Shown: piece by piece, positions 47,288 to 55,620 of the stretch
Numbering within the stretch: position 1 is the first letter of the stretch
How the letters are laid out: every line of letters starts with the position of its first letter
From: an uncultured Acidobacteriota bacterium
GTDB lineage: Bacteria; Acidobacteriota; UBA6911
NCBI GenBank assembly: GCA_963747985.1
Contig: CAVVHG010000012.1
Location: forward strand, 36,054-100,053
Reading direction: 5' to 3'
DNA length: 64,000 nt
The notes under the pieces: generated by a model
Database searches by the model: none
The model's input: the letters and a program-made list of their open reading frames with translations, nothing else
What the model was told of the DNA's origin: nothing
Program-made: the position numbers and the translations under genes

Positions 47288-47687
47288 TCACCTCGATGCA
47301 GGGCCCGGCAGCCGGATCTTCTGGAGCACCAGGCCATAGCGCGTTCCCGGCGGATTGGCCTTGATCTTCTCACCACTCCGGTCGGGAGCAAAGTTGCCCG
47401 AATAACAGAGTAGTCCCAATGTCGATGCCTCTTTTCCTGGTCTGCATATCCAGTTTGCCGTCAACCACCATCCGGGCCCGCCGCTGACGAATCGAGGCAC
47501 AAACGCACCGCCGCAGTCTCCTGAGGCGATGAGGGTCTTGGCCCAGGGCGAATTGGCGGCCAGCACAAGCGCTTCACTCCCGCTCCACCGGGTGAACGGC
47601 TTCTCCAGCCGGAAGTCCTCGGCCAGCACCGCAACCCACAGCCCTCAAACAAGTACAACCAAGACGCTGCACGGAATGCTCGTTCTT
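47288..47687 (-). CDS. Hypothetical secreted protein with an in-frame TGA (47642..47640) inside its signal peptide.
   Basis: GGGAGG lies 4 nt before ATG 47687. Hand translation gives MRRTSIPCSVLVVLV-[TGA]-GLWVAVLAEDFRLEKPFTRWSGSEALVLAANSPW... Without read-through, the only start is the GTG at 47629, which gives a protein with no signal peptide. Confidence 0.35.
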
Positions 47688-47720
47688 CTCATACGACCTC
47701 CCGTGCGACAGTGGCCCTGC

Positions 47721-49010
47721 CTACAACTTTGCGACCGTGACAACGATGGCGTCGCCGTTCTTGAACAACTCCGGCCTTATCTCCGCTCCGATGCCCGGCA
47801 GCTCCGACGGTCTCACCTCCCCCTGTTCCGGCACCGGCACGTTGTTTACAAAGTATGGGAACTGGTGTGTGTACTTCCAGTAATTGCTTTCCATGATCAG
47901 GAAGTTCGCGATCGCCGTGCATAGATGTATGGAACAGAAATAGAGCAGCGGCCCGCCGCAGGTGTGCGGTGATGTCGGGACCATGAATGTGTCGGCCATG
48001 TCTGATATTTTCCTGGCTTCCGACACACCGCCGCACCAGGTCGCGTCGTACATGACTACGTCGCATGCCTTCTGTTCCAGGAACGGCCGGAATTGGTATC
48101 GCGTGGCCAGAGTCTCGCTGGTGCAAATGGGCACGCTGGTCTCTCGGGCAAGTTGCACGTAAGCCTCCACGTTGCTCGAAAGCATGGCGTCCTCGAGATA
48201 CAGGATGTTGTAAGGTTCCAGTGCCTTGGCGATCCGGAGCGCGCTCGGCAGGTCGTAGCCTCCCCAACAATCGACGGCGATGTCCATCTGGTTACCGACG
48301 CTGTCGCGGATCTCACGAATCCACTTCATCCCCGTCTCCAGGGCCTGGTTGCCGATGTAGTTGTCGCGGCTGCCCTCAAATGGGTAGATCTTGATTGCGG
48401 TGACGCCCCGGTCGAGCAGGAATCGCACGATCTTCATGGTGTCCGGGCCCATCTTCATCCCGTTGATGGCCCAGTAATCAGTCGTCGTGTTGTAGACCCG
48501 TACCCTGCTTCGGCTCTTGCCGCCCAGCAGTCGGTAGAGGGGCAGCCCGGACGCCTGTCCGAGGATGTCCATCTGCGCCATGTTGATAGCGCTCAGGATC
48601 CGCATGTCCGCGCCGCCTGCGTTGCGCATGGCCATGTCCTTGTAGAAATCGCGCCATATGCCGTCGATGTCTCGCGCGTCCCGGCCGATGATTGAATGCG
48701 AGTAATCACGCAAAGCCCCTGTTTCGCCCTGGGAGAACGGATAGGTCTCGCCTGTTCCGATCAGGCCGTTGTCGGTATGCAGGCGAACCCACATGAACTC
48801 GGCACCATCGGCTCCGCCGGAGCCGCCGCCGATACGTATGTCCTTGCGGAAGGTTATCGCGTCGATCTGCGTGATCCTTAACGGCTCTGTCTTATCGATC
48901 GCTGCCTGCAGGGCGGCAGACCACAGCCTGCCGCCGAGCACTGTCGCCGTAGCTGCACCCAAACCCGCCTGCCTCAGGAAATCACGTCTGCGCATCGGAC
49001 GCTGTCTCAT
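47721..49010 (-). CDS. Enolase-superfamily (MR/MLE) enzyme with a TAT signal.
   Basis: MRQRPMRRRDFLRQAGLGAATATVLG (TAT). ...RITQIDAITF...GIGTGETYPF...IAVDCWGGYDL...ILYLEDAM...ICTSETL... Confidence 0.8.
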   Translation of the reverse strand: MRQRPMRRRDFLRQAGLGAATATVLGGRLWSAALQAAIDKTEPLRITQIDAITFRKDIRIGGGSGGADGAEFMWVRLHTDNGLIGTGETYPFSQGETGALRDYSHSIIGRDARDIDGIWRDFYKDMAMRNAGGADMRILSAINMAQMDILGQASGLPLYRLLGGKSRSRVRVYNTTTDYWAINGMKMGPDTMKIVRFLLDRGVTAIKIYPFEGSRDNYIGNQALETGMKWIREIRDSVGNQMDIAVDCWGGYDLPSALRIAKALEPYNILYLEDAMLSSNVEAYVQLARETSVPICTSETLATRYQFRPFLEQKACDVVMYDATWCGGVSEARKISDMADTFMVPTSPHTCGGPLLYFCSIHLCTAIANFLIMESNYWKYTHQFPYFVNNVPVPEQGEVRPSELPGIGAEIRPELFKNGDAIVVTVAKL

Positions 49011-49029
49011 CTCTCTTCCCTTTCTTCGA

Positions 49030-49052
49030 GGGGGACAGTCACCGCTGTCCCC
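49030..49052. repeat. REP-like palindromic element, copy 4 (GGGGGACAGTCACCGCTGTCCCC), in the 5' leader of the enolase gene.
   Basis: Reverse orientation relative to copy 1. It sits 20-42 nt upstream of start codon 49010. Confidence 0.7.
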
Positions 49053-49128
49053 TGTGATGCTGGCTGGAGCGGTGTCTTGCGTACCGGTTGCTCCGACTCT
49101 GGTTTTGGCGTTTTCCATGGTGCGCTGA

Positions 49129-49150
49129 GGGACAGTGGTGACTGTCCCCC
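49129..49150. repeat. REP-like palindromic element, copy 5 (GGGACAGTGGTGACTGTCCCCC).
   Basis: Same family. It lies in the divergent intergenic region 49011-49337. Confidence 0.7.
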
Positions 49151-49306
49151 TCACGCATCCATGGCCCGCGACAAATCGAAAATCAGGTCTTCAACGTCTT
49201 CGATGCCCACGGAATAGCGACCCGATTCATCATTTGGAGCCACCCCTGTCACCTGTGAATTGTTGAGGTCCTTTTGGGCGGATATGATTATGAACCTAAT
49301 TGAGTG

Positions 49307-49323
49307 GGACAGTCACCCTCCCT
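49307..49323. repeat. Partial REP-like element, copy 6 (GGGACAGTCACCCTCCC), one arm only.
   Basis: Half-site of the same family, directly upstream of the NlpC/P60 RBS. Confidence 0.45.
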
Positions 49324-49337
49324 CTCCGAGGAGAACT

Positions 49338-49925
49338 ATGCGAACCATTCCGGCGCGGCTGTTGCATGGAACGGCGGGAGCACGGCGCCGATACCTTGCT
49401 GCTGCATTGCTTGTCGTGATCGTCCTTTCCGGGTGCTCTCACAAGGGGCCGGGTAAGGACTGGCAGACCCTGGTCAGCACGGTCCGGGCCAGGTTCGCCC
49501 CAGATGCCCGCCTGGCAGTTTTTCGCGTAGACCTGCGTGCCGATGGCGACCGGATCATTGCGAACGGCGAAGTTGAGAGCAAAGCCGCAAAGGGAATCGA
49601 TTGTTCGGGCTTCGTCAAGACTGTCCCCACCCTGAATGGAATGCCACTGGATCGGGATGCCGATCGGCAGGCGCAGCAGGGGGAAGATGTACTTGCGGAG
49701 GCCGCGTTCCAGAATCTCCGGTGCGGGGATCTCCTGTTCTTTGGAGAGAAGGCCGTCGTCGACAAACCGGAGCGCATCGTGCACGTCGGCATCTACCTCA
49801 AGGACCGGAAGTTCATCCACTGTTCGGGCAGGGCGCGGGTCAGCAGCCTGGACCCGGCTGCGGCGGAATACGATGAGCGGCACGCCAAAGGCTTCGTCCG
49901 CGCACGACGCTTCGTCGCCCCCTGA
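49338..49925 (+). CDS. NlpC/P60 (C40) family peptidoglycan hydrolase lipoprotein.
   Basis: RBS GAGGAG. MRTIPARLL...LLVVIVLSGCSHKG (lipobox). GIDCSGFV (catalytic Cys), HVGIYL, and FIHCSG-type His. Confidence 0.75.
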   Translation: MRTIPARLLHGTAGARRRYLAAALLVVIVLSGCSHKGPGKDWQTLVSTVRARFAPDARLAVFRVDLRADGDRIIANGEVESKAAKGIDCSGFVKTVPTLNGMPLDRDADRQAQQGEDVLAEAAFQNLRCGDLLFFGEKAVVDKPERIVHVGIYLKDRKFIHCSGRARVSSLDPAAAEYDERHAKGFVRARRFVAP

Positions 49926-49948
49926 CTCATGCCGGACTGTGATGTTGC

Positions 49949-50006
49949 CGTGGTCGTCCAAGCGCAGCGATTACAGCCGGAATTGAACCTCCGACGACCA
50001 CGGGTC
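49949..50006. repeat. Long-stem inverted repeat (11-bp perfect arms CCGTGGTCGTC / GACGACCACGG, ~36-nt loop) between convergent genes.
   Basis: Seen directly in the sequence between the NlpC/P60 stop and the typA stop. Possibly a bidirectional terminator-like structure. It is not a tRNA; a T-arm pairing test failed. Confidence 0.4.
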
Positions 50007-50020
50007 CATGTCCGGCTCCG

Positions 50021-51848
50021 TCAGGCGGAGCGTTGCTTCGGGCGCTGGTTGTATGCGAGGACCCGCTTGCGCAGCCGGATCGACACGGGGGTGACCTCAA
50101 CGAGCTCATCGTCGTTTATGAATTCGAGCGCCTGCTCCAGCGACAGCTCGCGGAAGGGCACCAACCGGATAGCCTCGTCGGCGGTCGAGGCACGCATGTT
50201 GGTGAGCTTCTTCTCCTTCACGACGTTCACGTCGAGATCCACATTACGCGCATTCTCTCCGATAACCATTCCTTCGTACACGTCGGTCCCGGGCCGGATG
50301 AACAGCTCCCCGCGTTCCTGGAGGTTGTAGAGCGCGTAGCTGGTCGCTGATCCCGGACGGTCTGCGACGAGGGCTCCCGTGAGCCGGTTTGTGATTTCGC
50401 CCGCCCACTCTCCCCAGCGCAGGAACATGGTGTTGAGCAGGCCGGTACCCTTGGTGTCGGTCAGGAACTCGGAACGGAAGCCGATGAGTCCCCGGGAAGG
50501 GGCTTCGAACTCCAGGCGGACTCGGCCGCTGCCGTGATTGATCATGCGGGTCATGTGCCCCTTGCGCCTGCCCAGCGCTTCGGCTACGACGCCGATGAAA
50601 AGCTCGGGGCAATCGACCACGACCATTTCGATCGGCTCCATCCTTCTGCCGTCGACACTGCGGGTGATCACCTCGGGTTTGGAGACCTGCATCTCATAGC
50701 CTTCCCGTCGCATCATCTCGATGAGGATGGCCAGCTGCAATTCGCCGCGGCCGGACACCTTGAAGCTGTCCATTCCCTCGGTCTCGTTGACCCGGATGGC
50801 CACGTTCCCGAGCACCTCCTTCTCCAGCCGCGCGCGGAGCTGGCGCGAGGTCACGTACCGGCCATCCCGGCCGGAAAACGGAGATGTGTTTACCGAAAAG
50901 ATCATCGAAATGGTTGGCTCGTCGACGTGGATGGCGGGAAGCGGCAGAGGGTCTTCCTCGTCGGCCACGGTCTCCCCGATGAAGATACCTTCGATCCCCG
51001 CCAGGGCCACGATGTCCCCGGCCGATGCTTCGGTCACCGGCTTCTGCTTCAGCCCTTCGAACGAGTAGAGTTGCGTGATGCGCGTCTTCTGGATCGTGCC
51101 GTCGAGTTTGCAGACCGACACTCCATCCCCAACCGCGACCTTCCCGGAGAATACCCGGCCGATGGCGATCCGGCCGACGTAGTCGCTGTAATCAAGAGTG
51201 GTTACGAGCATCTGCAATTTTGTCTCGTGCCGTGGGCAAGGCGCGGGAATGCTTTCGACGATCTGTTCGAAAAGCGGGCGGAGGTCCTGCGAGGCGTCTT
51301 CAAGGCTCCGGCGTGCGATGCCGTCGCGGCTGATCGCATAGAGGATCGGGAAGCCGATCTGCGCCTCGGTGGCGTCGAGGTCGATGAAGAGATCGTAGAT
51401 CTCGTTCACAACCTCCTGCGGCCGGGCGTCGGCCCGGTCTATCTTGTTCACTACCACTATCGCGGGGAGTTTCTCCTCGAGGGCCTTGCGCAGCACGAAG
51501 CGCGTCTGAGGAAGCGGCCCCTCCGAAGCGTCAACCAGCAGCATGACTCCGTCGACCATCTTCAAAACGCGCTCGACCTCGCCGCCGAAATCCGAATGGC
51601 CAGGGGTGTCGACGATGTTGATCTTTATGCCCCGGAAGAAGACGGCCGTGTTCTTGGCCATGATTGTGATACCGCGCTCGCGCTCGAGATCGAGGTTGTC
51701 CATGACACGCTCGACCACGCGCTCGTTGTCGCGAAAGGTGCCGCTCTGTCTGAGCATTGCGTCGACGAGGGTAGTCTTTCCGTGGTCGACGTGAGCGATG
51801 ATGGCCACATTCCGGACGTCTGTCCGGGTGGCGCTATTAGGTGCCAAG
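50021..51848 (-). CDS. typA: Translational GTPase TypA/BipA.
   Basis: [27 protein letters not shown] (G1), DTPGH (G3), NKID (G4), and EF-G-like domains. The start is ambiguous. TTG 51848 follows GGAG and gives about 609 aa, consistent with BipA. The ATG at 51955 is an alternative. Confidence 0.85.
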
Positions 51849-51998
51849 GCTGTGTTCTCCGTGCCTGAATGGATGTGCGCGCCGGGCTCCCGACTTTCCT
51901 GTTCGTTCAGCCGGCTGCTGAGAAAACGGCCGCCCGCGGCTTCGCGGCGGACCATAATGATAGCGCGCCTGGCGCGGGCATCAAACACGCATCTGCGA

Positions 51999-52021
51999 GG
52001 GGGACAGTCACCAGTGTCCCC
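51999..52021. repeat. REP-like palindromic element, copy 7 (GGGGGACAGTCACCAGTGTCCCC), upstream of typA.
   Basis: Same family, in the typA leader / intergenic region. Confidence 0.7.
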
Positions 52022-52213
52022 GGCATGCCAGGATGTTGCAGGGCGCCGCGTGGAGCGGGTCCCCACCCACTCCGGCGGAGAGGCTCTCCTGCGGTTGCTC
52101 CGTTTTTGGCCTTCCTTTTGTTTGTTTCCTGAGGGACACTGATAACAGACCCCGTTGATTGATCGCGCAACCAGGCTCCAGGCGATCAGGCGGTTTGTGC
52201 GCGCGAAACTCAC

Positions 52214-52732
52214 ATGGCGCGAAATATCGAAATCAAAGCACGCATCGACAGTATTGCTGAACTCGCCCACAAGGTCGCAACTATTGCGTCCTCAGGCCCA
52301 ACCGAGATTGTTCAAGATGACACGTTCTTCGAATGCAATGCCGGACGTCTGAAGTTGCGAGCCTTTCCGGATGGCCGTGGCGAACTGATCTACTACCGTC
52401 GGGCGGACCACCAGGGCCCGAAAGAATCCTTCTACCTGATATCTCCCACAACGTCGCCTTCCTCACTGCGTGAAATCCTATCGCTCGCTCTGGGGGAAGC
52501 AGGCAGGGTCGAGAAACGGCGCACGCTGTTTCTCGTCGGGCGCACCCGCGTCCATCTCGATCTGGTCAAGGACTTGGGCGAATTCCTTGAGCTGGAAGTT
52601 GTGCTCAATGACGGGGAGTCATCTCAAGCTGGAATTGCCGAGGCCCAAGCGTTGATGGAACGATTAGGGATTGATCCATCACAACTGATTGAGTGTGCCT
52701 ATCTGGACCTGCTGAATCATGCAATCACCTAG
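52214..52732 (+). CDS. CYTH-domain protein (class IV adenylyl cyclase CyaB-like / triphosphatase).
   Basis: [13 protein letters not shown]... (the EIK motif typical of CYTH), about 170 aa, ...LELEVVLND... Confidence 0.65.
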   Translation: MARNIEIKARIDSIAELAHKVATIASSGPTEIVQDDTFFECNAGRLKLRAFPDGRGELIYYRRADHQGPKESFYLISPTTSPSSLREILSLALGEAGRVEKRRTLFLVGRTRVHLDLVKDLGEFLELEVVLNDGESSQAGIAEAQALMERLGIDPSQLIECAYLDLLNHAIT

Positions 52733-52801
52733 CCGCGCAATCAAGGTGGGCCGCAAAGGCTCAATTATCACTGTCGGGCACAGCATTTTGAAGGGAGGAG
52801 T

Positions 52802-53530
52802 ATGAACGTCACGAATCATCAGTCGGGAACGAATGTGCATGAAGTCTCTGACGGGATATACCGCATCAATACGCCCGTTGTGTTCGAAAGTGGAAACGGG
52901 TTCTCGTTCAATCAGTACCTCGTCATGGATGATGATCCACTGTTGTTTCACACCGGGCCCCGGAAGATGTTTCCTCTCGTGCGTGAAGCGGTCGCGAGCT
53001 TGCTGCCGCCCGAACGGCTTCGTTACATTGCCTTTTCCCATGTGGAGGCGGACGAGTGCGGCTCTCTGAACGAATGGCTTGCCGCAGCCCCGCAGTCCTT
53101 GCCTTTGTGCGGCTCGGTCGCTGCCATGGTTTCAATCCAGGATCTGGCCGATCGGAGTCCCCGCGTGCTCGCAGACAATGAGGCGCTCTCTTTGGGCAAA
53201 CACGACGTGCGCTGGTTCGATGCCCCGCATCTGCCGCACGCCTGGGAGTGCGGCTTTCTGATGGAAGAACGGACCCGCACCCTGCTGTGCGGCGATCTGT
53301 TCACGCAGGGCGGCGCCGACCTGGCGCCCGTCACGGAATCGGACATTCTGGGACCGAGCGAAGCGTTCCGGCACACAATGGACTACTTCTCGCACACGAA
53401 GCATGTTCGAGTGATGCTTGACCGGTTAGCCTCGACTCAGCCAGCAACGCTCGCATGCATGCACGGCAGCGCCTGGCGCGGAGACGGGGCAGGACTGCTG
53501 CGTGCTCTCGCGGAAGCGCTGTCTGCGTGA
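52802..53530 (+). CDS. MBL-fold protein (variant metal motif FSHVEADECG, flavodiiron/ODP-like).
   Basis: RBS GGGAGGAG. ...LVMDDDPLLFHTGP...YIAFSHVEADECGSL... in a beta-lactamase-fold-like arrangement. Confidence 0.5.
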   Translation: MNVTNHQSGTNVHEVSDGIYRINTPVVFESGNGFSFNQYLVMDDDPLLFHTGPRKMFPLVREAVASLLPPERLRYIAFSHVEADECGSLNEWLAAAPQSLPLCGSVAAMVSIQDLADRSPRVLADNEALSLGKHDVRWFDAPHLPHAWECGFLMEERTRTLLCGDLFTQGGADLAPVTESDILGPSEAFRHTMDYFSHTKHVRVMLDRLASTQPATLACMHGSAWRGDGAGLLRALAEALSA

Positions 53531-53577
53531 GCCCCGTGGCGTGTGCCAGATCGTTCGATCAGGAAGGGCTCGGAGCG

Positions 53578-53910
53578 ATGAAATACCATCACGTCGGAAT
53601 CCCGACGACGACACAAATGCCGGGGGAAACGCACCTCGAGAAATACAAGGTGTTCTGCACGGATCACAGGAGCAATCCCTTCGGGATCCAGTGGATGAGG
53701 TACGAGCCAGGGTGCCCGCTACCCGACCTCGTGAAGACGGTTGCTCATGTAGCGTTCGAAGTCGACGACCTGGCTCGCGCTCTGGAGGGGCATGAGATTC
53801 TGATCGGGCCGAACAGCCCGTCGGAGGGTGTGACGGTAGCTTTCGTGATATGCGACGGCGCCCCGGTGGAGTTCCTCGAATTTTCGAAGCGGAGAAAGCG
53901 CTGGGACTGA
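53578..53910 (+). CDS. VOC (glyoxalase / bleomycin-resistance fold) family protein.
   Basis: MKYHHVGIPT...VAHVAFEVDDLARALEG...VAFVICDGAPVEFLEF resembles the paired beta-alpha-beta-beta-beta module with metal-ligand H/E positions. Confidence 0.55.
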   Translation: MKYHHVGIPTTTQMPGETHLEKYKVFCTDHRSNPFGIQWMRYEPGCPLPDLVKTVAHVAFEVDDLARALEGHEILIGPNSPSEGVTVAFVICDGAPVEFLEFSKRRKRWD

Positions 53911-54152
53911 ACACGAGATTGCCGGGGTCACTCAGGTTCAGGCTCCGGAAGATGTTACTCACATCTCCGACACTGTTGGCGCATACCGAGGACCAGCCGG
54001 GATACAGTTTGCTGACGCCGACGGCGCGTACGGGGAGACCGCTCGGCTTGACAGGGAGATTGTGGCGAACCGGGGCGTCGCCGCCACTGACTCAGGTCCT
54101 GCCCCTATTGAATGCCGACGCCATTTCGGGGTTCGCCGCAGTCTGACCGGAT

Positions 54153-54163
54153 TATAATGGCGT
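54153..54163 (+). promoter_or_regulatory. -10-like element TATAATGGCG, shared with the two promoter cassettes, upstream of the OMP gene.
   Basis: attTATAATGGCGtcaattgcc lies about 115 nt upstream of ATG 54275. Only the -10 and GGCG part is conserved. Confidence 0.25.
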
Positions 54164-54274
54164 CAATTGCCAATAAGCGTTTCGATCGGGTGCTGACAGA
54201 TGGGCCGTGAAATCCCTGCGCGTGATCGGCCAGAAGATGATTCGCGGCAGGATCCTGGAAAAGGGCGGGAGCGA

Positions 54275-54889
54275 ATGGCGTTCGCCTTGGCCGTACTGCT
54301 GTTCCTCCCCTCCCTGGCGCACGGGGAGAGTCTCTCCTTCGGCGTGACAGGCGGGGTACCTCTGAACAATCTTGCGACCGCCAGTGAGGGCACGGTATCC
54401 GCCACGGGACGGTTTACAGTCGGACCGGCCCTGCGAGTTGGCTTGCCGCGTGCCTTTGCGGTTGACGTCGAGTTCCTGTACAAGCGATTCGATTTTGGCT
54501 TCATATCCGACCCGGAGCGAATTGCGGCCAATCGTCTCGAACTGCCGCTGCTGCTCCGATACGGCTTTCCCGGCTCGCCCGTCCATCCATTCGTCCACGC
54601 GGGCGTGTCATTCAATTGGGCCATCCCGGCAGACGGAGAGAACTCATGCCCCGGTGCTGATCCGGACAGCGGCTTCTATTGCATCGGAGGCAAGACGGCA
54701 GCGCAGCTCCGGCATCAACACACGTACGGACCCGTTCTGGGTGCCGGCGCGGAGTTCAAGCTGAAAGCATTTCGGCTGGCCACCGAGTTCCGCGCCACCC
54801 GCTGGGTGGATCGCAACTTCGGCACGCAGGACTCCCTCCTGCGGTCAAACCTCACTCAGGTCGAACTGCTGGTTGGGCTGAAGTTCTAG
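54275..54889 (+). CDS. Outer-membrane beta-barrel protein (OmpW/OmpA-like small porin family).
   Basis: GGGAG RBS. Signal peptide MAFALAVLLFLPSLAHG. Alternating amphipathic strands. C-terminal ...LVGLKF ending in Phe. Confidence 0.6.
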   Translation: MAFALAVLLFLPSLAHGESLSFGVTGGVPLNNLATASEGTVSATGRFTVGPALRVGLPRAFAVDVEFLYKRFDFGFISDPERIAANRLELPLLLRYGFPGSPVHPFVHAGVSFNWAIPADGENSCPGADPDSGFYCIGGKTAAQLRHQHTYGPVLGAGAEFKLKAFRLATEFRATRWVDRNFGTQDSLLRSNLTQVELLVGLKF

Positions 54890-55083
54890 ACTGCGACTTC
54901 TGCAAACGGTCACGCGCTCGTCGTCGACGGAGGCCTGAGGGGTGGTTGTGTGTGGTCGACGGCGCAGGTCGGCTGGGTCGAACCCGCCGCGGCGATGGGC
55001 GTCCGGCCACAAGCAGCTCTGAAGCAGGTCCGGCTTGTCAGCGTCAGACCGGACCTGCTCAGCCCCGGACGCGACGCAACCGG

Positions 55084-55374
55084 TTACATCTTCTTGATGA
55101 TCTCGGCAAATTCCGCTGCCGAGAAGGCGGGGAGTGTCGTTGATCGCACATTCCCCAGGGCAGCGATCGCCAGGATTTGTGCCACTCCGGTCTGTTCGTC
55201 CGTACTTTCAGCTATCGTCACCAGGTCATATTCACCGAGCGTGTAATAGGCGGCTAGAACCTTACCCCCCTTTGCCTCGAGTGCCTTTATTGCAGCTTTG
55301 AGCCGCTGGGGAGAGTCCTTGACGTCCTTGACGCCCTGATCCGTGAACTTATAGAGAGTTATCATGGTCGGCAT
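55084..55374 (-). CDS. GYD-domain protein.
   Basis: 96 aa, MPTMITLYKFTDQGVKDVKDSP...GEYDLVTIAESTD... matches the GYD family pattern. AAGGAG RBS. Confidence 0.65.
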   Translation of the reverse strand: MPTMITLYKFTDQGVKDVKDSPQRLKAAIKALEAKGGKVLAAYYTLGEYDLVTIAESTDEQTGVAQILAIAALGNVRSTTLPAFSAAEFAEIIKKM

Positions 55375-55620
55375 GGTTTAAGCTCCTTCGTGCAACTGTT
55401 TGCGTTTGGAACAGGATCCGCAGCCGCGCGATGAATTGTCGCCGGAACAGCGTCAAAATGAGCTCTTGGAGTTGGGATGCGCTGCGTTGGTACGTGGTAA
55501 GTGTAGCACCGTCCGGACATTGGCTCAACGACGCCATGACTTCTTTGCGCCAGTTCCCCTGCATTCGTCTGCGCGATGGAAAACATGATGACCGTGATAC
55601 GATCGCATGAGGAGGTGATC

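Noticed and set aside
49949-50006. Possible tRNA (T-loop-like TTCAATT on the minus strand)
   Set aside because: The proposed T-stem (GGAGG / CCGGC) does not base-pair, and no acceptor or anticodon arms can be built. It is kept only as an inverted repeat.
50534-51868. 444-aa plus-strand ORF opposite typA
   Set aside because: It is antisense to the highly conserved TypA/BipA GTPase.
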